Shown piece by piece: positions 1-8,197 of a stretch of 64,000 nt of DNA (position 1 is its first letter; the number at the start of each line of letters is the position of its first letter). The position numbers and the translations under genes are program-made. The stretch lies in the NCBI GenBank assembly GCA_964493325.1, contig CAZBMD010000001.1:133022-197021 (forward strand). The letters are read 5' to 3'. The notes below the pieces were generated by a model that did not search any database, had not been told where the DNA came from, and was given only the letters and a program-made list of their open reading frames with translations. The stretch is from an uncultured Pseudomonadota bacterium. GTDB taxonomy: Bacteria; Babelota; Babeliae; Babelales; RVW-14.

Positions 1-7
1 TATTTCT

Positions 8-388
8 TTGGCTATGAACAAAATTCTTTCATTGGATGAAGATCTTGATGGTGATGAGTTGCAAGGTGATAATGATTCTTCGGTTGCAATGCTTGCAGAT
101 GCATCTGATCAGTCGATGGACGATGAATTTCAGGATGATGAGTTGTCTATCGATGAAGATTTGATGCTTGCTATGAATGATGAAGATTTTATGGACGAAA
201 ATAACTTTGATGAAGAGTCTGCTGATGATGAAGATTTGATGCTTGCTCTAAATGACGACCCAGAAAGTCTTGATGAAGAATTTGCATCTCTTGATGATGA
301 GATGCTTGAGACTGAAGAGCCTCTTTTGACGCTTGCTCAAAACGATTCAATTGACGAGCTTGATGAAGAGCTTGAGATTTCTGAATAG
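8..388 (+). CDS. Acidic D/E-rich repeat protein, probably the 3' part of a gene cut by the window edge
   Basis: 126-aa ORF. It starts at TTG 8, but the frame stays open back to nt 2. The sequence is dominated by D/E, with a repeated DEDLMLA[ML]ND motif. A strong intrinsic terminator follows. Confidence 0.5.
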   Translation: MAMNKILSLDEDLDGDELQGDNDSSVAMLADASDQSMDDEFQDDELSIDEDLMLAMNDEDFMDENNFDEESADDEDLMLALNDDPESLDEEFASLDDEMLETEEPLLTLAQNDSIDELDEELEISE

Positions 389-412
389 ACATTAGATTTC
401 TGAATAGACATT
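375..412 (+). repeat. Perfect 19-bp tandem duplication (agatttctgaatagacatt x2) spanning the stop codon of the acidic ORF
   Basis: 375-393 and 394-412 are identical when read directly. Each copy contains TGA/TAG. Confidence 0.9.
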
Positions 413-435
413 TCGACATTAGAATTTTTAAAAAA

Positions 436-477
436 TAGGAGAAGTGGTGTTTTATGCATCACTTCTCCTATTTTTTT
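436..477 (+). terminator. Rho-independent terminator
   Basis: Perfect 11-bp stem taggagaagtg (436-446) / cacttctccta (460-470), 13-nt loop, then T7 (471-477). Confidence 0.85.
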
Positions 478-503
478 GAATAGTTTATACTGACGAGATA
501 GAT

Positions 504-791
504 ATGATTTCAGTTTTTTATTTTTCCAGGATCAGCATGTTTTGCCAGTACTATCAAGCAGTTGTCAATGTAGCCAAGACATGGTTTATTGGTGGCTTTT
601 TTAAAAGCGAAGATTATGTTGCTTTTGAGCGCACAATCAATGGCTCTAGAGACGTCATTGAATTCTTTGTGCCAGAAGATCAAGAACAATTTTTTTTAGA
701 ACTTATGGCTTACTTGCAGCGTAATGGATATGTAGATAGATTTGAAAAAATGCCAAATCGTTTGCAATTTCCAGAGTGCTATAAACAATAA
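504..791 (+). CDS. Hypothetical small protein
   Basis: 95-aa ORF with alternative ATG at 535. I recognise no family. It converges on the ankyrin gene. Confidence 0.35.
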   Translation: MISVFYFSRISMFCQYYQAVVNVAKTWFIGGFFKSEDYVAFERTINGSRDVIEFFVPEDQEQFFLELMAYLQRNGYVDRFEKMPNRLQFPECYKQ

Positions 792-795
792 CAGT

Positions 796-1704
796 CTAAT
801 TTGTAAATTCTTCTTGTAACGCATAATAACAAGCAGCGTCTATCGCATGATTTAAGCGATTTTTGATAAGGTGATTATTGGGTAGCCGTTTTTCTAAAAT
901 TTCTGCAGTTGTTTCACCATAAATATTTTTTGAGCTGTAATCCCAAGTGGGTGTGTAATTAAGTAATAGGTAGGTGATAGATTTGTTTTGCTTCCATAAA
1001 CTTTGCATTAGTGCAGAGTTATTTTCGTCATTGAAAGCAAAAATATTATATCCCGGGCATGCAAGTATAAGCTGAACAATATCTGCATCGTGGTTACGCA
1101 TCGCAATAAAAATTGCTGTATTCAAATTTTGATCGACAATCCAATTTGGATGAATTCCTTGTATGAGTAGTTGATAAACTGCGCTTGAATCACTTTTTAT
1201 TAACGCTTTTTTTAGATTAAGAATATCTTTATAAACTGAGCTTGCAAATAGAGTCAGAATAAAATGGTTGAAATTTTTAATATCAGCAGCGCTAAATCCT
1301 AGGCTATGCATGTGGCGTAAAATAAGGTAAAGATTATTATTAATGAGTGGATTTTTTATGATATACAGGGAATTATTGGAAAATCCGCTTGATTTTAAAA
1401 ATGCAAGAAAAGCTCTGGCATTCTTGTTATTGTTCCTCGATTTTGTCTGAATATTATTCCATGCTTGCGAGTTTATAATTACATGAAAAAGATCTGATGA
1501 AAGGTCTTTGATTCCGTGCTTTGTTTTGTGATAAGTTTTTTTATCGACTTGTATCCATTGAGACAATTTTTTAAGGCTGTCGGTATCTTGTAAGATTTCC
1601 TCCGCTGGGCGGTATGGTGTCCATGTTTGAAAAGCAACAACTGTTTGTGCAAATATAATACTCAATACAAGAGGAAAAACTATTTTTTTTAATGATGAAA
1701 TCAC
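796..1704 (-). CDS. Signal-peptide protein with C-terminal ankyrin-like repeats
   Basis: The hydrophobic N-terminus MISSLKKIVFPLVLSIIFAQTVVA looks like a signal peptide. The C-terminal NTAIFIAMRNHDADIVQLILACPGYNIFAFNDENNSALMQSLWKQNKSITYLLLNY fits two ANK repeats (xxAhxxAxxxxxxxhVxxLLxxxxxxxNxxD). Confidence 0.5.
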   Translation of the reverse strand: MISSLKKIVFPLVLSIIFAQTVVAFQTWTPYRPAEEILQDTDSLKKLSQWIQVDKKTYHKTKHGIKDLSSDLFHVIINSQAWNNIQTKSRNNNKNARAFLAFLKSSGFSNNSLYIIKNPLINNNLYLILRHMHSLGFSAADIKNFNHFILTLFASSVYKDILNLKKALIKSDSSAVYQLLIQGIHPNWIVDQNLNTAIFIAMRNHDADIVQLILACPGYNIFAFNDENNSALMQSLWKQNKSITYLLLNYTPTWDYSSKNIYGETTAEILEKRLPNNHLIKNRLNHAIDAACYYALQEEFTN

Positions 1705-1781
1705 TGACCAGATCCTTTTTTTGATGTTTAATACAATTCATTACATTCTGCAGGTAGAGTGTAATGAATTATATTTTGCAG

Positions 1782-3209
1782 TCAAGAGGCTCTGGTTATG
1801 CGTTCCTGAATTTGATCAAAAGAAAAAACATCAATAATATCATGGACCCCAAGGCCTTCAGTTTTGCCAGTTACAACAAAACGAAGCGGTACAAAAATTT
1901 CTTTAATAGAAAGACCTGCTGTTTTTGCTTGCGTCTTGAGGGTTGTTAAAAATGTTTCTTTAGTGCTTATTTTTGCTGCATTTTGCAAAATTGTCAGGGC
2001 CGCATCTGTTTTTTCTTTTCCAAAAAGTGTATGTAGATGTGTAATCTCTATAGCTGGTATGCGGAAATAAAAACCAATAACATTGACGATATCAAGTAAG
2101 GTTTTAAGTTCGGGTCGGACTTTGGCCACAAGTTGTTCCAGTTGTGCATCATCAAGGTTCGCAGCCTCAGGAACGGCCCCAATCAAAAAGGGTTTTACTC
2201 TTTGTGTAAGGTCAGGTAGTTCAATTCGTTCAATCCATTGCTGATTCACCCAGGTAAGTTTTTCAACATCGTATCGAATGGTTCCGGATGAATGGACTGC
2301 TGCAAAATTAAAGTTGCGAGCAAGTCCATCAAGTGTTTGAATTTCTTCTGCAAACGAGCTGCCAATAATTGCAAGATAATTGCAGACAGCTTCGTGCAAG
2401 TAGCCTGCTTTTTTCAGATCAAGCAGGCTGAATCCAAAATCTCGCTTGGAAAGTTTTTCACCTTTTTCATTGCATAGAATAGGAAGATGCCAAAATATAG
2501 GTTTCTTTGCAGCAAAGGCGTCATACAAAGCAAGTTGCATTGCTGTGTTGGATGTGTGGTCTTCACCGCGAATAACGTGTGAAATTTCCATCAAAAAATC
2601 ATCAACAAAGTTGGCAAAAATAAAGGTGAAAGATCCGTCATCGCGGGTGAGTGCAAAATCAGAAAAATGTTGAGTGTCAAAAGTGATCGTTCCTTTTGCC
2701 ATATCAACCATGTCCAAAAGTTGATTATTGTTAAAGGCAAACCGCCAAATAAATTTTTTTCCAGCGCTCAGCTTGAGTTTTATTTTGTCATCAGAAAAAT
2801 GAAGACAGGTGCGATCATAGCGTGGGGGCTTGTGGGCTGCAATTTGTTCCTGGCGTTTTTTTTCAAGTTCTTCAGGTGAGCAAAAACAGCGGTATGCTCG
2901 ACGCATTTCAATGAGTGTATTTAATTGTTCTTGGTACAGGTGTGTGCGATCGGACTGCAAGTAAGGGCCATAGCTGCCGCCAATATGCGGACCCTCTTGA
3001 TATTTAAGTCCAAGCCATTTTAAATCTTGAATGATGCGTAGCTCTGCTTCTTCAAGATTTCGTTGAGCATCTGTGTCTTCGATGCGTAAAATAAAAGTTC
3101 CTGCGTTCTGACGAGCAAAAAGGTAGTTCATTAGTGATGCGCGAACATTGCCTAGATGCATAAATCCTGTGGGGGATGGCGCAAATCGCACCCGTATATT
3201 TTTTTTCAT
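1782..3209 (-). CDS. gltX: Glutamyl-tRNA synthetase
   Basis: Contains RVRFAPSPTGFMHLGNVRASL (HIGH-type motif), RIEDTD and KLSKRD (KMSKS-type). The ORF extends to 3311, but the ATG at 3209 (MKKNIRVRFAPSPTG) gives the canonical N-terminus. Confidence 0.93.
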   Translation of the reverse strand: MKKNIRVRFAPSPTGFMHLGNVRASLMNYLFARQNAGTFILRIEDTDAQRNLEEAELRIIQDLKWLGLKYQEGPHIGGSYGPYLQSDRTHLYQEQLNTLIEMRRAYRCFCSPEELEKKRQEQIAAHKPPRYDRTCLHFSDDKIKLKLSAGKKFIWRFAFNNNQLLDMVDMAKGTITFDTQHFSDFALTRDDGSFTFIFANFVDDFLMEISHVIRGEDHTSNTAMQLALYDAFAAKKPIFWHLPILCNEKGEKLSKRDFGFSLLDLKKAGYLHEAVCNYLAIIGSSFAEEIQTLDGLARNFNFAAVHSSGTIRYDVEKLTWVNQQWIERIELPDLTQRVKPFLIGAVPEAANLDDAQLEQLVAKVRPELKTLLDIVNVIGFYFRIPAIEITHLHTLFGKEKTDAALTILQNAAKISTKETFLTTLKTQAKTAGLSIKEIFVPLRFVVTGKTEGLGVHDIIDVFSFDQIQERITRAS

Positions 3210-3464
3210 TAGTATGAGCCTTATTTTTTTAGTTGATATCAAAGGGTTCGCGTATTTCAGGGGATCCTTGCTTTGCAGCAATGCTGCGCGGAGATCATGC
3301 ATAATTATCAAGTGCGTCAGGGTTGGCCCTTTTTTTGTAAAGATTTTTTATAATCTCAAAAAAGCTCTTTATAGATTGAATAAATATGCAGCATGGATTT
3401 ATGATACTGGCCCGATGAAATGAGTCAAGGTCTCTGCATGGAAACCTTATCTTTCTTCAAATTG

Positions 3465-3494
3465 CTGACAATGGCACTATCTGCGCGATAGAAT
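3465..3494 (+). promoter_or_regulatory. Candidate sigma-70 promoter for the aldolase gene
   Basis: CTGACA (3465-3470), 18-nt spacer, TAGAAT (3489-3494), about 30 nt upstream of the ORF. Confidence 0.35.
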
Positions 3495-3521
3495 GCTAAA
3501 AATACAAATTGTTATCATTAT

Positions 3522-4472
3522 TTGGAGATGGTCATGGATGCTCCCATTCGTAAAATGCTTGCGCCTCAAGACGTTAAAATTCCTCTGACAGTACCAGACA
3601 GCAAGCGAGAGGTGTATATTAAGAATTATCTTGCGGCAACGCGTCATTCAGGACGATTACTCCTTTTTGCCGGAGATCAAAAAATAGAGCATTTGAATCA
3701 AGATTTTTATGGCAAAGGCATTCCTGTCGACTGCGCAGACCCCGAATATCTTTTTAAGATTGCATCAAAGTCTCGTATCGGTGTTTTTGCTAGTCATCTA
3801 GGACTGATTGCTCGTTACGGAGCTGATTACAAAGGCGTTAATTATCTGATCAAATTAAACGGAAAAACTAATATTGCCTCTTTAGAAATTGATGATCCAA
3901 TTAGTCTTGCATTGACGTCGGTTGAACAGGTCCATGTGTTTTCCCAAAATGCTAAATTACCTATTGTTGGCGTTGGCTATACGGTCTATTTGGGGAGCAG
4001 ATACGAAAATAAAATGCTTGTCGAAGCGTCGCGCATCATTGAGCAGGCGCATGCTCTTGGTTTGCTCGTTGTTTTGTGGATGTATCCTCGAGGCAAAGCA
4101 ATTTCATCTGAGCGTGACGCAGCGCTCATTGCAGGAGCAGCGGGTGTTGGGGTGGCGCTTGGTGCCGATTTTGTAAAAATTAATCCACCAGATGCAAATG
4201 CCGAAGGAGAGAGCGCAGAGCTTTTAAAAGTTGTTGTTCGTGCCGCTGGGCGAACAGGAGTTATTTGCTCGGGAGGCAGCGCCAAGCCTCCACGACAATT
4301 TTTAGAAGAACTTTACCATCAACTGCACATGGGTGGTACCCGTGGAGCGGCTATTGGCAGAAATATTTATCAACGACCCTACAGCGAAGCAATCGCATTT
4401 TGTGAAGCGCTTGCGGCTACCGTTATTGATGATAAAGATGTCGAGGTTGCCGCAGAATTGTTGGAAATTTAG
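3522..4472 (+). CDS. fbaB: Class I fructose-bisphosphate aldolase (FbaB/DhnA, DeoC/LacD aldolase family)
   Basis: By eye it aligns with E. coli FbaB. Matching segments are FAGDQKIEH, LIKLNGKTN, VGYTVYLGS, LVVLWMYPRG, the GADFVKIN lysine region, and SGGSAK...GGTRGAAIGRNIYQR. The start may be ATG 3528 or 3534, with GGAG at 3524. Confidence 0.8.
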   Translation: MEMVMDAPIRKMLAPQDVKIPLTVPDSKREVYIKNYLAATRHSGRLLLFAGDQKIEHLNQDFYGKGIPVDCADPEYLFKIASKSRIGVFASHLGLIARYGADYKGVNYLIKLNGKTNIASLEIDDPISLALTSVEQVHVFSQNAKLPIVGVGYTVYLGSRYENKMLVEASRIIEQAHALGLLVVLWMYPRGKAISSERDAALIAGAAGVGVALGADFVKINPPDANAEGESAELLKVVVRAAGRTGVICSGGSAKPPRQFLEELYHQLHMGGTRGAAIGRNIYQRPYSEAIAFCEALAATVIDDKDVEVAAELLEI

Positions 4473-4487
4473 CTGAAAAGAGGAATT

Positions 4488-5198
4488 ATGCAACTGCGAC
4501 GATTAAAAGAATATGGGCGCTTTTTGAAAAGCCTTTTCAAGACAAACGTACGGCTCTTGTGGGGAATGTGGAAGCTTACCAAGTTGCCGCAACCTGCAAT
4601 TACTGTTTTTGGAGGTTCTCGTGTTGACTTTGATAGCCCTATTGGGATAAAAGCAAAAAAACTTGCGCTTAAATTGGTGAGTGCTGGTTTTTCTATCATC
4701 ACTGGTGGGGGCCCCGGAATTATGGAGGCTGCCAATTATGGGGCTATTGAATATTTGCGCGAATGCGATTTAAGTAGTCCGTTATGTCGAAACCGTATTG
4801 TTTCTGCCGGCATAGGCCTGATTCGTTTGAATATGGAAAAAGCAAATCCTTATGTTCAAGAAAATATAGTAATGGAGCATTTTTTTTCAAGAAAATGGCT
4901 ATTGGTTCGCTACTCAGTGGGGTTTGTTATTTTTCCAGGAGGCTTTGGAACACTTGATGAACTTTTTGAGATCGTAACACTTGTGCAAACCCATCGTATG
5001 AAACAAATGCCCATTATTTTAATTGATAGCGATTACTGGAAGCCTATTATGGAGTGGATTCATCAAAGAGCGTTACGTGAGAATTTGATTACCAAAGAAG
5101 ATCTCAAGATCATCGTGGTAACAGACAGTATCGATGAAGCGTGTGCCATGATTGTTGAGCAATGTACTAGTTGCTTTGAGTCAAAACTGCACACATAA
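4488..5198 (+). CDS. LOG family protein (TIGR00730-type, cytokinin riboside 5'-monophosphate phosphoribohydrolase-like)
   Basis: Motifs VFGGSR, ITGGGPGIMEAANYGA and PGGFGTLDELFE. AGAGGA RBS upstream of the ATG. Confidence 0.85.
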   Translation: MQLRRLKEYGRFLKSLFKTNVRLLWGMWKLTKLPQPAITVFGGSRVDFDSPIGIKAKKLALKLVSAGFSIITGGGPGIMEAANYGAIEYLRECDLSSPLCRNRIVSAGIGLIRLNMEKANPYVQENIVMEHFFSRKWLLVRYSVGFVIFPGGFGTLDELFEIVTLVQTHRMKQMPIILIDSDYWKPIMEWIHQRALRENLITKEDLKIIVVTDSIDEACAMIVEQCTSCFESKLHT

Positions 5199-5204
5199 AT
5201 TTAC

Positions 5205-7658
5205 TTACACTGTTTTTCGGCTCCGTAACTTCATTTTTTCTTTTTGAATCTTAAAACTCTTTTTCTCCTTTTGATGTTCACTTTTGATATCCTTAACTTT
5301 TTTGATAGTTTCAGAAGCCGAAAAATAAGGGTCTTCTTGGATGTTCACAGATTTTGGACGATCAATCCCGGATGTAAAATTATCTATAGGCCTAAAAATG
5401 CCCTGACGCGAATCTTCAAGGCAGTGCTTGATCGATTGTGTTGATGGCTTGAAAAACCAGCGCTCTATTGGATCTTTACTTTGCGCATAGGTATCGTTGC
5501 GCATTACCTGGTATTTTGCGTAATCAAGTTTGAGCTGCGTGTATTCATCTGGTGCGCAAGCAAATTGTGGCTTGATGATGCTGGGTCGGATGAAGACGTA
5601 CAAATTAGCATCAGTTTTTGATTTACTCTTGCTTCTGAATAAATTACCTATGATCGGAATGTCTCCTAAGATAGGCGTTTTATAGACTGTTTCTGATTGG
5701 TTATTTTTAGTAAGACCACCAAGAACAATAACCTCACCGGTAGCCATAGAGACTTTTGTTTTTAAGGTGCGAGTGATTTTTTCTGGTTTCTCAGTTTCAC
5801 TTTCTGCTTTAAATTCATCAATGGTGACCTCTAGTTTAAGGTCCACAAGCCCTTCGATATTTATTTGAGGTGTAATATCTATTTTAGTTGATGCTTTTAC
5901 TTCTTGTCTTTGTACGCGTGATGGCTCGCCCTTGTTCGAAACAAAGTCTCCAGGTACCCGTCGAGTTTGGCCAACATCAATAGTTGTTGTCTGGTAATTA
6001 TTGATTACTACAAATGGCTGTGAGACAACGTGAAAGTTTTTTATTTTATAAACCGCTCTTATTATACTCCAAATATTTTCATTAGCAGGGTCTCCGCCTG
6101 GGAGCGCGCTTCGACCAATGGTCATGAACGATGGTGAGTTGATTCCTGTAAAATTTGATTGAGCAAGGTCTATATAGCGTTTTGCTACAGTCTTAGTTGT
6201 ATCACTGCTTGCTGGTGCAATTTCTCCAGAACTTAAATTTTTGAATTCGATTTCATTTATCCCCATGCCTGGATTGCGCCCCATGATATTAAAAGTTTGA
6301 GCGCCAAGTTCATTGAGTTGATCAATGCCAACATCTATGATCATGACCTCGACAGCAACCTGTGGTTGTGGTTTATCAAGTTTATCAATAAATTTTTCAA
6401 GACGGGCCCAATCATCTCGATTGCAAGCAATGATAAGGCGGTTGCCTCCGCCCCGACCTGAGCTTTCATCTTTAGGTGTTTCGGCTGCAATAGTTACATC
6501 CTCAAAAAATTTATAATCACCAATAACGGTGCTTTTGTCAGATGTTTGGCCCGGTGGGGCTTTAACTAAATTGTCCAAAATAGGCTTGAGCGCTTCGGCT
6601 TTGGCGTAACGAATTTCTTTGATGTGTAATCTTGAGTCTGCATCGCCAATTGGTACATCAATGTATTTTCCAATAAATTCAACAAGTTTATTAATATTTT
6701 TTTCAGTACCAAGCAAGATAAGCATATTTTGTATTGGTTCTGGAATAATGCGCGTATTGGAAGAAAAGTAACTTGCTTCTCTTTGACTGGTAAGAGATGT
6801 AAAACGGATGGTACGCTCGTCTTTATTGGCGCTAATCATTTCTTCAAACATTTTCCCAACGGTTTCAGCATTGGTATGTTTAAGTTTAATAATTTTGATA
6901 GACTCACTCAGTCCTCCGACATCAAGTGCTTTGACAATTTTCATGGCCGCTTTGATATTAAGGCTTTGATCTTTAAGAAAGCACATATTAAGATCGCGAT
7001 TAATCATTACGCCTTTTTCATCAGGCAACATGGTGCGTAAAATTCCTTGAGCAGTTTCCGCTTTTATATTTTTGAAAAAATAAGCATAGCGGATTACAAT
7101 GTCGCTTTGCGGGAGATCTTCAGGCTCTGTTTTAACTCCATTAATTCCAACCGATGAGTATATCGGAAGAACTTCCATACTATTATCTTTGGTAGGAATT
7201 ACGCGATATACACCATTAACAAGCACAATGCTAAATCCGTTTGATTCCATGAGTGTCAATAGAACATTCCAAGCGCGGTCAAGCGTTAAAGGTGTTCTTG
7301 TAGAAATAGAAACTTTGGCTGCTTCTAGGTCTTTGTTAGGTAGAACGTTGATGGATTTTTGTTCTGCAAGGTAATTCAAAATAGTTGAGAGAGAGACATT
7401 TTCAAAATTTAGGAAAATATTAGCTTCTTGCCTGTCATCATTAATGTCGTTTGAGTCTTTGATTGCTTGTAAGGTGCCGACAGTGGGCAGCGGAGGAAGT
7501 GTATTTGTTGGTTGTTGAACCGAAACAGGTGGTGTGTAAAATTGCTGATTTTGATTCTGTTGCCAAGATTGTTGAGCTAGAGTCGAGCAAATAAGAGCTG
7601 TAAGAGCAACAACACATGCAAGAAGTCGTGTTTTGAAACCATGTAAAATTTTCTTCAT
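5205..7658 (-). CDS. gspD: Secretin, GspD-type (paralog 2, distal gene of the operon)
   Basis: Signal peptide. N0-like IFLNFENVSLSTILNYLAEQKSINVL. Secretin core VLGGL...TPILGDIPIIGNLFRSKSKSKTDANLYVFIRPSIIKP. 4-nt overlap with the upstream gene. Confidence 0.88.
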   Translation of the reverse strand: MKKILHGFKTRLLACVVALTALICSTLAQQSWQQNQNQQFYTPPVSVQQPTNTLPPLPTVGTLQAIKDSNDINDDRQEANIFLNFENVSLSTILNYLAEQKSINVLPNKDLEAAKVSISTRTPLTLDRAWNVLLTLMESNGFSIVLVNGVYRVIPTKDNSMEVLPIYSSVGINGVKTEPEDLPQSDIVIRYAYFFKNIKAETAQGILRTMLPDEKGVMINRDLNMCFLKDQSLNIKAAMKIVKALDVGGLSESIKIIKLKHTNAETVGKMFEEMISANKDERTIRFTSLTSQREASYFSSNTRIIPEPIQNMLILLGTEKNINKLVEFIGKYIDVPIGDADSRLHIKEIRYAKAEALKPILDNLVKAPPGQTSDKSTVIGDYKFFEDVTIAAETPKDESSGRGGGNRLIIACNRDDWARLEKFIDKLDKPQPQVAVEVMIIDVGIDQLNELGAQTFNIMGRNPGMGINEIEFKNLSSGEIAPASSDTTKTVAKRYIDLAQSNFTGINSPSFMTIGRSALPGGDPANENIWSIIRAVYKIKNFHVVSQPFVVINNYQTTTIDVGQTRRVPGDFVSNKGEPSRVQRQEVKASTKIDITPQINIEGLVDLKLEVTIDEFKAESETEKPEKITRTLKTKVSMATGEVIVLGGLTKNNQSETVYKTPILGDIPIIGNLFRSKSKSKTDANLYVFIRPSIIKPQFACAPDEYTQLKLDYAKYQVMRNDTYAQSKDPIERWFFKPSTQSIKHCLEDSRQGIFRPIDNFTSGIDRPKSVNIQEDPYFSASETIKKVKDIKSEHQKEKKSFKIQKEKMKLRSRKTV

Positions 7659-8194
7659 ATTTTGTACCTGATTGTTGCAAATTTTAGATCAAAAGAAATG
7701 CGATTAGAAGGCTCATTCCGAACAGTGACCTCTTTGACGTAAATGATCTCTTTTTTATTGAGAGCATCAAGAACGCGAACCAGTTTTTCTGTATTTTGTC
7801 CTTTGAATGTTGCTTTTAGAATAATTTCGGAAATTTTGTCATTAATTTCAACGATAGAGTCGCTCCATCCAAGCTCAGGGGTAATCATCTGTTCTTTGCA
7901 AAATTGCTCAAAATAGATCTTAATATTAAAATCTTTTTCTTTATCAAAAACTTCCAGAAGCCGTTTTTGTTCTTGTTGAAGTACAGCTTCTTGTGCAATA
8001 ATTTCTGCTGACTTTGCACTCAGAGTGCCAATTCTCTTAATTTGATCAACTAGTTCTGCGCTTGAGGAATAGGTGTAGTAAGTGATACCAAGCGCGAGTA
8101 TGCTAACACCCGCAAGGAGAGCAACAAGGTATCTTTGAAACAAAGCTTGATTTAAATTTTGAATAAAGGCGGTTGTTTTGTTCAAAAGTTCCAT
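7655..8194 (-). CDS. GspM/PilO-like bitopic inner-membrane assembly protein
   Basis: 179 aa with a single N-terminal TM (YLVALLAGVSILALGITYYTY), then a coiled-coil and an alpha/beta region. It lies between the GspL-like gene and a secretin. The assignment rests on architecture and context only. Confidence 0.45.
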   Translation of the reverse strand: MELLNKTTAFIQNLNQALFQRYLVALLAGVSILALGITYYTYSSSAELVDQIKRIGTLSAKSAEIIAQEAVLQQEQKRLLEVFDKEKDFNIKIYFEQFCKEQMITPELGWSDSIVEINDKISEIILKATFKGQNTEKLVRVLDALNKKEIIYVKEVTVRNEPSNRISFDLKFATIRYKI

Positions 8195-8197
8195 GGT

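Noticed and set aside
1735-1770. Perfect 11-bp stem-loop (aattcattaca / tgtaatgaatt) just downstream of gltX
   Set aside because: On the minus strand it is followed by gtattaaacatcaaaaaaa with no U-tract. On the plus strand there is no gene to terminate. I did not call it as a terminator.
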